Notes: generated from the sequence alone by a model not told the origin. A stretch of 46,014 nt of DNA from Gammaproteobacteria bacterium (GCA_036443455.1 JAZFYI010000197.1:1-46014); one strand, 5' to 3'. Counted from the stretch's first letter, positions 26,771-36,512 are shown. Numbers and translations are program-made.

Positions 26771-27118
26771 GTGGGCCGATTTGTAAGCAAGTCATGCTTG
26801 TTCCTGATTCTGTTATGGCCTTATGCACCGGTCAGTGCCGAGGCTTACCTTAGCGTGGGCGACTACCGGCAACTTGATGCCAGTCATCAACGAGCCTGGA
26901 TTGCCGGTGTCGTGGATGGCCTGCTGCTGATGTCGCAGGGCAGCATTTTAAGCGGCCGGCGCTGGCTGCTCGATTGCATCCGCGATCGCACGATGGATCA
27001 ACTGCACCAGGCGTTTTCGAAATATATCAAGACCAACCCGGATTATTGGCAGTATGCGGCGGCAGGTGAGTTCGCCATGGCGATGAACGAATCCTGTCCA
27101 AAAACCCCTTTCTGGTGA
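26771..27118 (+). CDS. hypothetical secreted protein (115 aa)
   Basis: GTG start. The signal peptide is good: MGRFVSKSCLFLILLWPYAPVSA|EA. The mature part has two Cys and no motif I can name. Confidence 0.5.
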   Translation: MGRFVSKSCLFLILLWPYAPVSAEAYLSVGDYRQLDASHQRAWIAGVVDGLLLMSQGSILSGRRWLLDCIRDRTMDQLHQAFSKYIKTNPDYWQYAAAGEFAMAMNESCPKTPFW

Positions 27119-27155
27119 TGGTTCTTTCCTGTACGGGGCTGGATCCGCTGGCTTG

Positions 27156-28086
27156 TCAGGCCAGGTTTTTTCTCGGATCAAAGCCGAGTTCGTCCCGCAT
27201 CTGCCGGTAGATGCTGCGGGATTTCTCGCTGTCCGCCGGCGGCGTTACGATTTTGAGGACGGCGAATTGATTACCCGCGGGGTTTCCCGGCAAGCCCCGA
27301 CCCTTTAGCCGCAGGCGTGAATCCGTTTGCGAACCCGGCGGAATTTTCAGCGATACCATGCCGCCGAGCGTGGGAACCTCGATCGTGCACCCCAGCGCAG
27401 CCTCCCAGGGAGCGACCGGTAATTCAAGGTAAATGTTCTTGCCCTCGTCGCGGAAGGATCGATGCGGCATGAACTCGAGTTCCAGAAACAAGTCTCCGTT
27501 TGCACCACCACCGGTGCCCTTGCCGCCCTGGCCGGCCAGCCGAATCTTCTGGCCGTTGATCACGCCTTTGGGGATTGTTACATGCAGCGTCCGTGTCGCC
27601 GATGACATGCCTGCCGCCTGTGTCAATTCTATGCTGCGGCTGCTGCCATGATAGGCATCCTCCAGGCTGATCCTGACTTTGGCCTGGTGGTCCGTGCCGC
27701 GGGCAGCGAAACCGTGCCTGAATCCATGACCCGGAGATGGTGAGCGGCCGCCGGCCGCGCCACCAAAAAGCGATTCGAAAAAAATCGCTGAACGTGCCTG
27801 TGTTGCCTCTTTGGGCGAACGAAAAACCGGAATTCCAGCTTGGTGGTGGTCTGAATTCCTGACCCTGTTTCCAGTTACTGCCAAACTGATTGTAGGCGGT
27901 TCTTTTCTCCGGATCTTTCAGGACTTCGTAGGCTTCGCCAAGTTCCTTGAAACGATCTTCGGCGTTCTTCTCCTCGCTGACATCGGGATGATATTTCCTG
28001 GCGCTCCGGCGGTAGGCTTTCTTGATCTCATCCTGGCTCGCGTTTCGGTCCACGCCGAGAATTTTGTAGTAATCCTGATATTTCAT
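27156..28086 (-). pseudogene. cbpA: curved-DNA-binding protein CbpA (DnaJ-like), disrupted by a 1-nt frameshift
   Basis: The J domain ([35 protein letters not shown]) is in the frame of ORF 27424..28218. The DnaJ C-terminal domains (...[17 protein letters not shown]...LRLKGRGLP...) are in the frame of ORF 27156..27884. The two join at a T7 run (plus-strand A7, 27778-27784). With T6 the reading would be ...[13 protein letters not shown].... Confidence 0.8.
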
Positions 28087-28251
28087 TTCGAGCCTTGTCC
28101 GCAGCGAGATAATGGCCCACCAGTTGCCGGCGGTTTTGCCAGCCGGCCCATGGCGCTCCATCGTGACCCATGTCTTGGGGCACTTTGTCAACGAACTCAA
28201 GTCTAGCTGTTTATGCAAAGTACAGGTTGCAAAAACTGCTACAGTCCACGG

Positions 28252-28650
28252 ATGCCCGGTCTGCAGGAAAAGATTGTCAGAGTACCCTTGATTGGAGCCG
28301 CGATATTGCTTGCTGCAGGGGCATGCACAAGTGTCACGGTCGGCGGGTCCGACTCCCCCGGGCCGCTATCGATCATCTCCGGTGATCTCAGGTTGCGTTT
28401 TAACAGCCCGGTGAATGTATATTTGCGCAAGGTTGACGATACCCGGCTTGGCATATTCAAAAACCGGGTACGCGTGCCCCCGGGCGCACACGTATTGCTG
28501 GTCGATTGCGCAGTGGAGGATGCGGGCGGCACATCGAGGTATGTCCTGAACGTAACCACCGTTGCCGGCGTGGATTACCAATTGCAGGCGGTGCTGGCCA
28601 GCGGCAACCGCAGCTGTTCGGCCGTGGAAATGGTCGAAACTCCCCGCTGA
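28252..28650 (+). CDS. hypothetical lipoprotein
   Basis: [25 protein letters not shown] carries a lipobox. The remainder looks beta-rich and I recognise no family. ATG 28213 is an alternative start. Confidence 0.5.
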   Translation: MPGLQEKIVRVPLIGAAILLAAGACTSVTVGGSDSPGPLSIISGDLRLRFNSPVNVYLRKVDDTRLGIFKNRVRVPPGAHVLLVDCAVEDAGGTSRYVLNVTTVAGVDYQLQAVLASGNRSCSAVEMVETPR

Positions 28651-28799
28651 GCCAGCCCCGCTGTTCGTAGCGTGGTCCACTGCCCGGCGGTAATGCGAAC
28701 TGCGTCACACTGTGCGTTTTTGCGGCCGCTTATTATGTCTGCTCTTAAGCCGGGGTTTCCGGCCAGTCTTGGGCAAGAACCAACAGCGAGAGCGACCAT

Positions 28800-30167
28800 A
28801 TGGAAGCCACGATCGATGGCCGCAAGGGAATGTCGATTAATTGGGAGGGTTCCGCGATCACCCGTCCCAGACTGGTGGTCAAGCCCGAACGCATTTCCGA
28901 ACTGATAGACATCGTCAAGAACGAGAAAAAGTATCCGGCGCCGGTACGGGCCGTCGGGTTTCAACACTCCATCACCCGTTGTGCGGTCGCCGATGGCGGC
29001 ACGATCATCGACATGCGCAACTTCAACCGGATACTGGAATTTGGCCAACGTCACGTTCGAGTGCAGGCCGGGGTACGCATTTACGACCTGGTCAAGGCGC
29101 TGGACGGTCGCGGGCTACAGCTTTGCGCCTGCCCGGAATTCGGCGATATCAGCGCCGGCAGCGTTGCCTGCACATCGAATCGATACATTTCCTCGCGCGG
29201 CATCCTCGGACAGATTTCTTCGACCGTCGTCGCCATGAAGCTGGTGACCCCGCTGGGAACGAAGCTCGATGTGACGGCCAAACAGCCGGACATGCTCAAC
29301 ATCATGCGCAGCAGCTTCGGTCTGCTGGGCATCGTTTACGAGGTAACATTTGCAGTACGCGACAAGATCGGCTTCGTCGTCGAACGCCGGCAAATGGATC
29401 TCGATGAGCTGTCGCTGGCGATGGCCGGGCTAAACATTGACGGCACCGGTGTCAGGCTGACTCTGTACCCGTTCTCCAATAAGGCACAGCTTGAGATTCG
29501 GCATTCGGTAAAGCTGGAAAGCAAAACCAGGCAATGGGTCCCGAGCTTGCGGGCATGGGGCTGGAATTGCTGCATGCCGTTCGTGGCGCAGCTACTGAGG
29601 CGACTGGTGCCGAACAGCGGCCTGCGCGGCAAACAGCTCGATATCCTGTTATTCCAGGCACAAAAGAGGCTCGCAAGACTGTTTCACGAGCGTACCGCAG
29701 AAATGTCGGCGGTTTGCCTGCCACGCTGCCGTCTGCCCAAATGGGGCAGATGCACCTACACGACCTGGGCATTTCCGGCCGACGATTTCCCGCTGTTGAT
29801 TGAAAAATATGTCGCCTTTTGTCGACTATACAAACGCGCCCATGGTTTCCGCTGCGATCTCCCGACCCAGGCTGTTTTCGTGCCAAAAGACCCCGCAAGC
29901 TTGCTTTCCTATGCCGCTGACGGGAATGTTTTTACGCTCGATGTGTTTAGCACCGGTGGCAAGGGCTGGGAGGATTTTCTGATCGATCTGAACCTGTTTT
30001 GTTCAGCCAACGGCGGGGTGCCGCTGCTCAACCAGACCAAACTCCTGTCACAACGGCAGGCGGTCAGGGGGCTGGGCCGCAAGCTGATGACTTTCAAGCG
30101 GCTGCGGCGGAATGTGGATCGTAACAACCGCCTGTCGAGTACCTTCTACCAGCCCCTGGTCGGCTGA
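28800..30167 (+). CDS. FAD-binding (PCMH-type) oxidoreductase, sugar-1,4-lactone oxidase-like
   Basis: INWEGSAITRPRLVVKPERISELIDIV...VRAVGFQHS...IIDMRNFNRIL...VRVQAGVRIYDL is a typical FAD_binding_4 N-terminal domain. Confidence 0.75.
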   Translation: MEATIDGRKGMSINWEGSAITRPRLVVKPERISELIDIVKNEKKYPAPVRAVGFQHSITRCAVADGGTIIDMRNFNRILEFGQRHVRVQAGVRIYDLVKALDGRGLQLCACPEFGDISAGSVACTSNRYISSRGILGQISSTVVAMKLVTPLGTKLDVTAKQPDMLNIMRSSFGLLGIVYEVTFAVRDKIGFVVERRQMDLDELSLAMAGLNIDGTGVRLTLYPFSNKAQLEIRHSVKLESKTRQWVPSLRAWGWNCCMPFVAQLLRRLVPNSGLRGKQLDILLFQAQKRLARLFHERTAEMSAVCLPRCRLPKWGRCTYTTWAFPADDFPLLIEKYVAFCRLYKRAHGFRCDLPTQAVFVPKDPASLLSYAADGNVFTLDVFSTGGKGWEDFLIDLNLFCSANGGVPLLNQTKLLSQRQAVRGLGRKLMTFKRLRRNVDRNNRLSSTFYQPLVG

Positions 30168-30232
30168 ATAAGCACGCACGATATTCTGCCGGCAACCCGC
30201 GCTCTGTTATGATCTGTCCGGCGGGGTGTGTT

Positions 30233-30631
30233 ATGGGACCAATCAGTTTGCTGGGCAATCTCTTGTGGCTGTTTCTGGGCCCGGGGCTGGTTTGTTTTTT
30301 CTTTTGGGTGATCGCCGGCAGCATCATGGCGCTGACGATCGTCGGTATGCCTTTTGCGATCGCCTGTTTCCGAATTGCCGGGTTTGCAGCGCTGCCATTT
30401 GGCCGAACGCTGGTCGATGCCGAGGAAGTCGGTGAGCAAAGAATTTTTGGCACGACGTTTTTTGCCATACTCTGGATGTTGCTGGCCGGTGTCTGGCTGA
30501 CCTTGTTTCACCTGATCGTCGGATTCGTGTTTTTCATCACCATTATCGGCATCCCATTTGCGCTCGCCCATTTCAAACTGGCGATGGTCTCGTTCAACCC
30601 GCTGGGGAAACGGATCGCCTACCCCGGATAG
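30233..30631 (+). CDS. yccF: YccF family inner membrane protein
   Basis: Duplicated motif: GNLLWLFLGPG...TIVGMPFAIACFRIA and ILWMLLAGVWL...TIIGIPFALAHFKLA. Confidence 0.85.
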   Translation: MGPISLLGNLLWLFLGPGLVCFFFWVIAGSIMALTIVGMPFAIACFRIAGFAALPFGRTLVDAEEVGEQRIFGTTFFAILWMLLAGVWLTLFHLIVGFVFFITIIGIPFALAHFKLAMVSFNPLGKRIAYPG

Positions 30632-30766
30632 TCGCTCCGCAGCTTGTCGTCGCGGGCAAAACGCCGCCTGGCAAGGACCCCCGGCAACAGAGTCTTGTCG
30701 GCGGCCGGCACGACTGGCTACAATGCCGCTCCGCCAGCGTGGCCAGCTCAAGTCCCGGAAGAATAA

Positions 30767-32398
30767 ATGTCCAGTTCCATTGTCAGCACACCCGCCCCGT
30801 TCAACGAAGCTATTGGCACTTTTGCGCCAGGGAGCGCCGAGCGTGCATCGTTGAAAACCAGGCTCGCCGCCTTGATGGACCAGCAGCTGGAGATTCCGGT
30901 CTTGGTCGGGGAGCGCGAAATTCACACCGGCAGGGTGGCAGAAAGCAGGACGCCGCACGATCACGGCCATGTGCTGGGCAGATATCACGAGGCCGGGGAA
31001 AAAGAAGTTGCACTCGCGATCGCAGCATCGGCCAGCGTGAAGAGCCACTGGTCTGCCATGAACTGGGAAGACCGCGCGGCTATTTTTCTGAAGGCGGCCG
31101 ACCTGCTCGCCGGACCTTATCGCGACGAGATCAATGCCGCGACCATGCTCTGCCAGAGCAAGACGGTATTCCAGGCGGAAATAGACGCGGCTTGTGAGCT
31201 GGTGGATTTCTGGCGCTTCAACGTACATTTCATGGAGCAGCTTTACGCGGTGCAACCGGAATCCGCCGATGGCATGTGGAACACGATGGACTACCGGCCT
31301 TTGGAAGGCTTTGTGTTCGCCGTGTCGCCGTTCAATTTCACATCGATCGCCGGTAACCTGCCGACCGCGCCCGCGATCATGGGCAACACGGTATTGTGGA
31401 AACCCTCGTCGACCCAGACCTACAGTGCCTGGGTGATCATGAAAGTCTTGCACGAGGCGGGCCTGCCCGCTGGCGTGATCAGCTTCCTGCCGGGCGAAGG
31501 GGCTGCGATCGGCGGGCCGGTCCTGGCAAGCCCCGAGCTTGCCGGGATACATTTTACCGGCAGCACGCCGACATTCAGGCATCTATGGCGAACGGTCGGG
31601 GAGAACATCGAGCGCTATCACAGTTATCCGCGGCTGGTCGGTGAGACCGGCGGCAAGGACTTTGTCTTCGCCCATCCCAGCGCCCACATCCAGTCACTGG
31701 TGACCGCTTTGGTGCGTGGGGCCTTCGAGTACCAGGGACAGAAATGCTCGGCGGCGAGCCGTGCATTCATCCCGGCCAGCCTCTGGGATGAAGTCATATC
31801 CGGTATGCAGGAACAAATGAGCCGGATCAAAATGGGCTCGCCGCTGGAGTTCAGCAATTTTGTGTGTGCGGTCATCGACCGGAAAGCATACGACAAGATC
31901 AGCGGCTATATCGCGCACGTAAAGGACAGCGATGATCACCGGATACTGGCAGGTGGCGAATGCGATGACAGCCAGGGGTATTTCATCAGCCCAACCCTGG
32001 TCGAAGCCGATAGCCCGCAGTCCAGGTTGATGTGCGAGGAAATCTTTGGTCCGATCCTTACCGTGTATCGTTATCCGGACCAGCGTATGGATGAAACGCT
32101 TGCAGAAGTGGAGAAAGCGAGCCCTTACGCACTGACCGGCGCGATTTTCTGTCGCGACCGCGCCGAGATCACGCGCATGAGCATGCTGCTGAGATCCGCG
32201 GCCGGAAATTTCTATATCAATGACAAACCAACCGGCGCCGTGGTTGGCCAGCAGCCATTCGGCGGTGGCCGCGCCAGCGGAACCAACGACAAGGCCGGCA
32301 GCATCTACAACCTGGTGCGCTGGATGTCGCCGCGAGTCATCAAGGAAACCTTCGCCCCGCCGCAGGACTTTCCCTATCCGCACATGGGCGAGGACTAA
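30767..32398 (+). CDS. pruA: L-glutamate gamma-semialdehyde (1-pyrroline-5-carboxylate) dehydrogenase
   Basis: ALDH superfamily with ETGGKDF (catalytic Glu) and GQKCSAASR (catalytic Cys). Length and N-terminal region match stand-alone PruA/ALDH4-type enzymes. Confidence 0.88.
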   Translation: MSSSIVSTPAPFNEAIGTFAPGSAERASLKTRLAALMDQQLEIPVLVGEREIHTGRVAESRTPHDHGHVLGRYHEAGEKEVALAIAASASVKSHWSAMNWEDRAAIFLKAADLLAGPYRDEINAATMLCQSKTVFQAEIDAACELVDFWRFNVHFMEQLYAVQPESADGMWNTMDYRPLEGFVFAVSPFNFTSIAGNLPTAPAIMGNTVLWKPSSTQTYSAWVIMKVLHEAGLPAGVISFLPGEGAAIGGPVLASPELAGIHFTGSTPTFRHLWRTVGENIERYHSYPRLVGETGGKDFVFAHPSAHIQSLVTALVRGAFEYQGQKCSAASRAFIPASLWDEVISGMQEQMSRIKMGSPLEFSNFVCAVIDRKAYDKISGYIAHVKDSDDHRILAGGECDDSQGYFISPTLVEADSPQSRLMCEEIFGPILTVYRYPDQRMDETLAEVEKASPYALTGAIFCRDRAEITRMSMLLRSAAGNFYINDKPTGAVVGQQPFGGGRASGTNDKAGSIYNLVRWMSPRVIKETFAPPQDFPYPHMGED

Positions 32399-32507
32399 AA
32401 CCCGGTCCATGCTCGCGCTGGGTTTTGGTAGCGGCGACGAATCGCCTTGGACCCGCTATGATATCGAGCGACAAGTCCGGCGCCCACAGACCATACCGAG
32501 GTACCGC

Positions 32508-34217
32508 ATGAGTAAGGAATTATTCCCGGGCAGGGTTTTCACGCTGATCGCCATGCTGGCGCTGAGCGCCTGTGGTCAGCCTGGCGACCAGCAGGACCAG
32601 GCGCTGCAAGGCTCGGCCGAAGCGACCGCTAGCGATGCCCGGCTCGATCAGGATAGCCGGAAAAACCGGCTGGAAAAGCGCAAGGGAATATACGCGCCGT
32701 TTACGCTGACGGCCGACCTCTCGAGCCTCAGCGATCGGCAAAAGCAAATGCTGGTCAAGCTGATCCGGGCATCCGAAATCATGGACGAGTTGTACTGGGA
32801 CCAGGCGCTGGGTGCAAAGCAAGCGTTTTTGTCTGCGATCGATGACCCGGACGCGCGCAAGTTTGCCGAGTTGAACTATGGACCCTGGGACCGGCTGGCC
32901 AACGAAGCGCCATTCATCGAGGGGTATTCCGTAAAGCCGCTGGGGGCAAATCTTTACCCGTCAGACATGACGGCGGAGGAATTTGCAGCAGCCGAGCTGC
33001 CTGGAAAAGATGATCTTTATACGCTGCTTAGAAGAAACCCGCAGGGTGAACTCTACGTGCTGCCATACAATGTCGCCTACGCGGATCAGTTAACGGCAGC
33101 CGCGAAGCTGCTGCGCGAAGCTGCGGCGCTGGCCGATGACAGCCAGTTTTCCGCATACCTGGAAGCCCGTGCAGAGGCATTCCTCAGCAATGACTACTAC
33201 GCCAGCGACATGCTGTGGATGGATATGAAAAACAACCCGATCGATGTCGTCATCGGGCCGATAGAGACCTACGAGGACCGCCTGTTTGGTTACAAGGCGG
33301 CCTTCGAATCCTACGTACTGTTGAAAGACCTGTCCTGGTCCAGGCGGCTGAGCCGCTATGTCGGTTTTTTGCCGCAACTGCAACGGGGTCTGCCGGTGGC
33401 GGACGAATACAAGGTTGAAACACCAGGAACCGATTCGGATCTGAATGCCTATGAGGTCCTGTATTACGCGGGTCGCAGCAATGCCGGTTCAAAAACGATC
33501 GCGATCAATTTGCCGAATGACGAGCGCGTGCAACTGGCGAAAGGTACCCGGCGTTTGCAGCTAAAAAACGCGATGCAGGCGAAGTTCGACAAGATCATGC
33601 TGCCGATCGCGGCCGAACTGATCATTGCAGAGCAGAGGCCTCATGTGACCTTCGCTGCATTTTTTGCCAATACCATGTTTCATGAAGTGGCACATGGGCT
33701 GGGGATAAAAAACACGATCAATGGCAAAGGCACGGTTCGCATCGCCCTCCGGGAGCTTGCCTCTCCGATGGAAGAAGGCAAGGCCGATGTGCTGGGGGTT
33801 TATATGATTACCAGCCTGTACGAGCAGGGCGAGCTGAGCGACGGCGAGTTGATGGATTACTACGTGACTTTCCTCGCGGGTATATTTCGTTCGGTTCGTT
33901 TTGGCGCGTCGAGCGCCCACGGTAAAGCGAACATGGTGCGCTTCAATTTTTTCCACGATCTGGGAGCGTTTAGCCGCGACCCGGATAGCGGTCGGTATCG
34001 GGTCGATTTTGAGCGTATGCAAAAAAGCATTACGGCGTTATCGACGCTGCTGCTGACTCTGCAGGGCGATGGCGACTACGACGGCGTGAGTCGCTTGCTG
34101 GCGGACAAGGGGAATATCGGCGATGAATTGCAGGCGGATCTCGACCGGCTGGCAGCGGCCGGTATTCCCGTCGATATCGAGTTCGCCCAGGGCCTCGCCG
34201 TGCTGGGGCTGGACTGA
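32508..34217 (+). CDS. zinc metallopeptidase lipoprotein, dipeptidyl-peptidase III (M49)-like
   Basis: Lipobox LALSAC. FHEVAHGLG plus EEGKADVLG resemble the M49/DPP3-like HExxH and EExxAD zinc motifs. The ORF-track N-terminal extension overlaps pruA and is rejected. Confidence 0.7.
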   Translation: MSKELFPGRVFTLIAMLALSACGQPGDQQDQALQGSAEATASDARLDQDSRKNRLEKRKGIYAPFTLTADLSSLSDRQKQMLVKLIRASEIMDELYWDQALGAKQAFLSAIDDPDARKFAELNYGPWDRLANEAPFIEGYSVKPLGANLYPSDMTAEEFAAAELPGKDDLYTLLRRNPQGELYVLPYNVAYADQLTAAAKLLREAAALADDSQFSAYLEARAEAFLSNDYYASDMLWMDMKNNPIDVVIGPIETYEDRLFGYKAAFESYVLLKDLSWSRRLSRYVGFLPQLQRGLPVADEYKVETPGTDSDLNAYEVLYYAGRSNAGSKTIAINLPNDERVQLAKGTRRLQLKNAMQAKFDKIMLPIAAELIIAEQRPHVTFAAFFANTMFHEVAHGLGIKNTINGKGTVRIALRELASPMEEGKADVLGVYMITSLYEQGELSDGELMDYYVTFLAGIFRSVRFGASSAHGKANMVRFNFFHDLGAFSRDPDSGRYRVDFERMQKSITALSTLLLTLQGDGDYDGVSRLLADKGNIGDELQADLDRLAAAGIPVDIEFAQGLAVLGLD

Positions 34218-34225
34218 GCAGGCCC

Positions 34226-34759
34226 ATGCGAGCCGCGGCCGGCAATCAGCGCATGTGGCATGGCGCCAGGCCGGTCTTGTTGTTGCTGCTTTTGTTTTCG
34301 GTCGCTGCGACCGCGAACGCAGAACAAAGCGACTGGATGGCCGACAAAGTGCTGGTTCTGAAGGCGCAACGAAAGCTGTTTCTGATCAAGGACGATCGCA
34401 TTCTGAAAGCGATCGATATTCGCCTCGGTTTGGCCCCCGAAGGGGAAAAGCTGAGCGAAGGGGATTTTCGCACGCCGGAAGGTTCATATTTACTCGATCG
34501 CCGAAACCTGGACAGCGATTACTTTTTGTCGATCCACATCAGTTATCCCAATCCCCTGGACCTGTCGGCGGCGCGTGGCTCGGGGTTATCGCCCGGTGGC
34601 AACATCATGATTCATGGCCGGCCCAACGAAATGCAGCATGAGCGCGAATATTATGCCGCCTGGGACTGGACCGATGGCTGCATCTCGGTAGCCAACACCG
34701 ACATGGTCGATATCTGGATGATGACCGGCGTCGATACGCCGATCGAAATTCTGCCCTGA
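34226..34759 (+). CDS. L,D-transpeptidase (YkuD) domain protein
   Basis: Signal peptide present. The catalytic motif is IMIHGRP...WTDGCISVAN (His...Cys). Confidence 0.85.
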   Translation: MRAAAGNQRMWHGARPVLLLLLLFSVAATANAEQSDWMADKVLVLKAQRKLFLIKDDRILKAIDIRLGLAPEGEKLSEGDFRTPEGSYLLDRRNLDSDYFLSIHISYPNPLDLSAARGSGLSPGGNIMIHGRPNEMQHEREYYAAWDWTDGCISVANTDMVDIWMMTGVDTPIEILP

Positions 34760-34959
34760 TCCGCACCGCCCGCGGTTCTCGCGTCGGTGATGCTGAGTCG
34801 CCGGAGGCGGCTGTTTTTCCCGTTTCCGGACCCTCATACAGGCCATAGGCTTTTCGATAAATCGTTGAAAATCAACAAGTTCAGTTGACGCTGATTGTGA
34901 ACCAGTTCCTGTTTTGAGACCGGCGCGACAATTACTGTAAGAGTCAAGGATTTGCCAGG

Positions 34960-35193
34960 ATGGTGTGTATGGGCCAGCACGACAAAAATCGCGATTTGCA
35001 ACGCTCACCGACAGTCCGCAAGCCCGCCAGGGCCGACGACGAAGGCTGGGCTGCGTACCGCAGCTGGCTGGGTCAGGTCGCCGGAACGCGGGGGCGTCGC
35101 GTTATGGCCGATAGTTCGATTTACACGCTGCAAGGTTACAAGGACTGGGCCCACCAGGTGCGCAAGGATTGGGATCCGGATTCGACCGAGTAA
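34960..35193 (+). CDS. hypothetical small protein (74-77 aa), basic and probably disordered, Trp-containing C-terminus
   Basis: ORF-track entry. A second ATG at 34969 has AGGA 10 nt upstream. It is convergent with the ParA-like gene, with stops 11 nt apart. No family recognised. Confidence 0.3.
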   Translation: MVCMGQHDKNRDLQRSPTVRKPARADDEGWAAYRSWLGQVAGTRGRRVMADSSIYTLQGYKDWAHQVRKDWDPDSTE

Positions 35194-35204
35194 TCGGCGA
35201 ACTG

Positions 35205-35885
35205 TCAGATGACACCCACCGATGGCAGCGCGCTCGTCGGTCTGCTTTTCTCCCAGCTAAGAATCGACTTCCATTGTTCCAGGTCTTTGCGGACTTTATG
35301 TGGTTTCATTTCATGAATCCCGATGCCTTGTTCGGCACAGCGAACATAGGCCTGGGAGTCCCGCAATACGCCGACGATGGGTATGCGTAAATTCCTCAAG
35401 AATCGCATCAGCGCCTGGTAAATCAAAGTATTGCTTTTCACGCGGTTGGCCAGCACGCCTATGCGGCCATCGCTGCGCCTGATGCGTGCGATCAGCAGCA
35501 GGTTTGAAATCAGGGCGGTCGCCGCATGAATGTCGATATCCGATGGCACCACGGGGATCAGGATCGCCTGTGCACCACGGGTAATATCCGGCAGCGCCTG
35601 CGGATCGATCGCGGCCGGCGTGTCGATGATGACCCGCCGGGATTGCGGAGGCACGCGCATCTGCCAGCTCCGGGTCACCCGCATTTGATTTTCGTAGGCC
35701 GCTACGCCGTGAATGACCGGAAGATCGGCAAAGCGTTTGTCGAGCCAGTGCATGCTCGAACCCTGCCGATCCATATCCATCAGCGTCGGTTCCATGCCCT
35801 GGGTAGAAAAATAGGCCGCCAGGTTGGTGGCAATCGTGGTTTTTCCGGATCCGCCTTTCGGATTCAGCACGACGATCTTTTTCAT
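35205..35885 (-). CDS. ParA/MinD superfamily ATPase, small ParF-like (type Ib) form
   Basis: MKKIVVLNPKGGSGKTTIATNLA is a deviant Walker A with the signature Lys. DMDRQGSS, VIIDTPAA (Walker B) and ILIPVVPSDIDIHAA are also present. About 226 aa, with no N-terminal HTH. Confidence 0.85.
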   Translation of the reverse strand: MKKIVVLNPKGGSGKTTIATNLAAYFSTQGMEPTLMDMDRQGSSMHWLDKRFADLPVIHGVAAYENQMRVTRSWQMRVPPQSRRVIIDTPAAIDPQALPDITRGAQAILIPVVPSDIDIHAATALISNLLLIARIRRSDGRIGVLANRVKSNTLIYQALMRFLRNLRIPIVGVLRDSQAYVRCAEQGIGIHEMKPHKVRKDLEQWKSILSWEKSRPTSALPSVGVI

Positions 35886-36047
35886 CAGCAGACCATACGC
35901 CAGATTGGGGTCCGGCAACAGCGGTTCTCTGCATTATGTATAGGCGAGGCTGATTAATCTTGATTCTTTGTGAACTGCAACACAGCGCATATCGATGCGC
36001 TTTTCTAAAGTTGCTACCGGAAGCTGGCGAATTGGAGCGAGACTGAA

Positions 36048-36218
36048 ATGAGTAAGGAGTCCGACAACAAACGGGATCGAAAGCCGTTGAAAATGGACCG
36101 GATGAACTGGGTTGCCAATGCAATAGCGGCAGCGACCCGTGCGCTCGAACGGGAGCATGGCAAGGATTGCGACGGGCTGGGTATTGTCGATAGCCCGGAC
36201 CGATCGCGGTTTGTCTGA
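36048..36218 (+). CDS. hypothetical 56-aa protein (below the ORF-track size cut-off)
   Basis: Translated by hand: MSKESDNKRDRKPLKMDRMNWVANAIAAATRALEREHGKDCDGLGIVDSPDRSRFV. GGAG lies 10 nt upstream. Divergent from the ParA-like gene. Confidence 0.25.
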   Translation: MSKESDNKRDRKPLKMDRMNWVANAIAAATRALEREHGKDCDGLGIVDSPDRSRFV

Positions 36219-36276
36219 AGGCCCGCGAATCCACAGCGCTGTAAAGGCCTGGCCGATAACGGGCCAAGGAGCAGAC

Positions 36277-36420
36277 ATGGAAGTGCTTATTCAATGCCTG
36301 GATGAAATCGAGGACCTGGTGGTCGGGTTTGCGCTATGGGCAGGTACCTGGCCGAGGATGATGGTCGTTGGCGGTTTGGCGATCTACTTCGTGGGCGTGC
36401 TGTACCTCTTGTTTGCCTGA
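36277..36420 (+). CDS. hypothetical 47-aa membrane protein
   Basis: Strong SD AAGGAG 5 nt before ATG 36277. The product is MEVLIQCLDEIEDLVVGFALWAGTWPRMMVVGGLAIYFVGVLYLLFA, with an acidic N-terminus and two hydrophobic segments. Confidence 0.4.
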   Translation: MEVLIQCLDEIEDLVVGFALWAGTWPRMMVVGGLAIYFVGVLYLLFA

Positions 36421-36512
36421 GCGGAGGTCGCGGACCGTGTGATCCGCGTCACATCTTGCAAAACCGCAAGAAGTTATTATGTAGCGTGGTTTGAATATCA
36501 ACGGCAGGAATC

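Noticed and set aside
26541-26786. An 81-aa plus-strand ORF, and the 155-aa minus-strand ORF at 26288-26755, in the merR-downstream gap.
   Set aside because: They are Cys/Arg-rich, lack an SD and any motif, and lie within the inverted-repeat-bounded element. I treat them as non-coding.
26496-26828. A reverse-strand 110-aa ORF containing LVVGWYNYF, reminiscent of the GW.NY(Y/F) motif of group II intron maturases.
   Set aside because: The resemblance is a single 6-residue motif. There is no reverse-transcriptase sequence upstream and no domain V-like hairpin downstream. The motif-encoding DNA is partly the right inverted repeat of element E2, and the ORF overlaps the signal peptide of a better-supported plus-strand CDS.
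26948-27181. A 77-aa reverse-strand ORF just downstream of cbpA, considered as a possible CbpM.
   Set aside because: It has no similarity to the MerR-like CbpM sequence as I recall it. It is Pro/Arg-rich and overlaps the better-supported plus-strand secreted-protein CDS.
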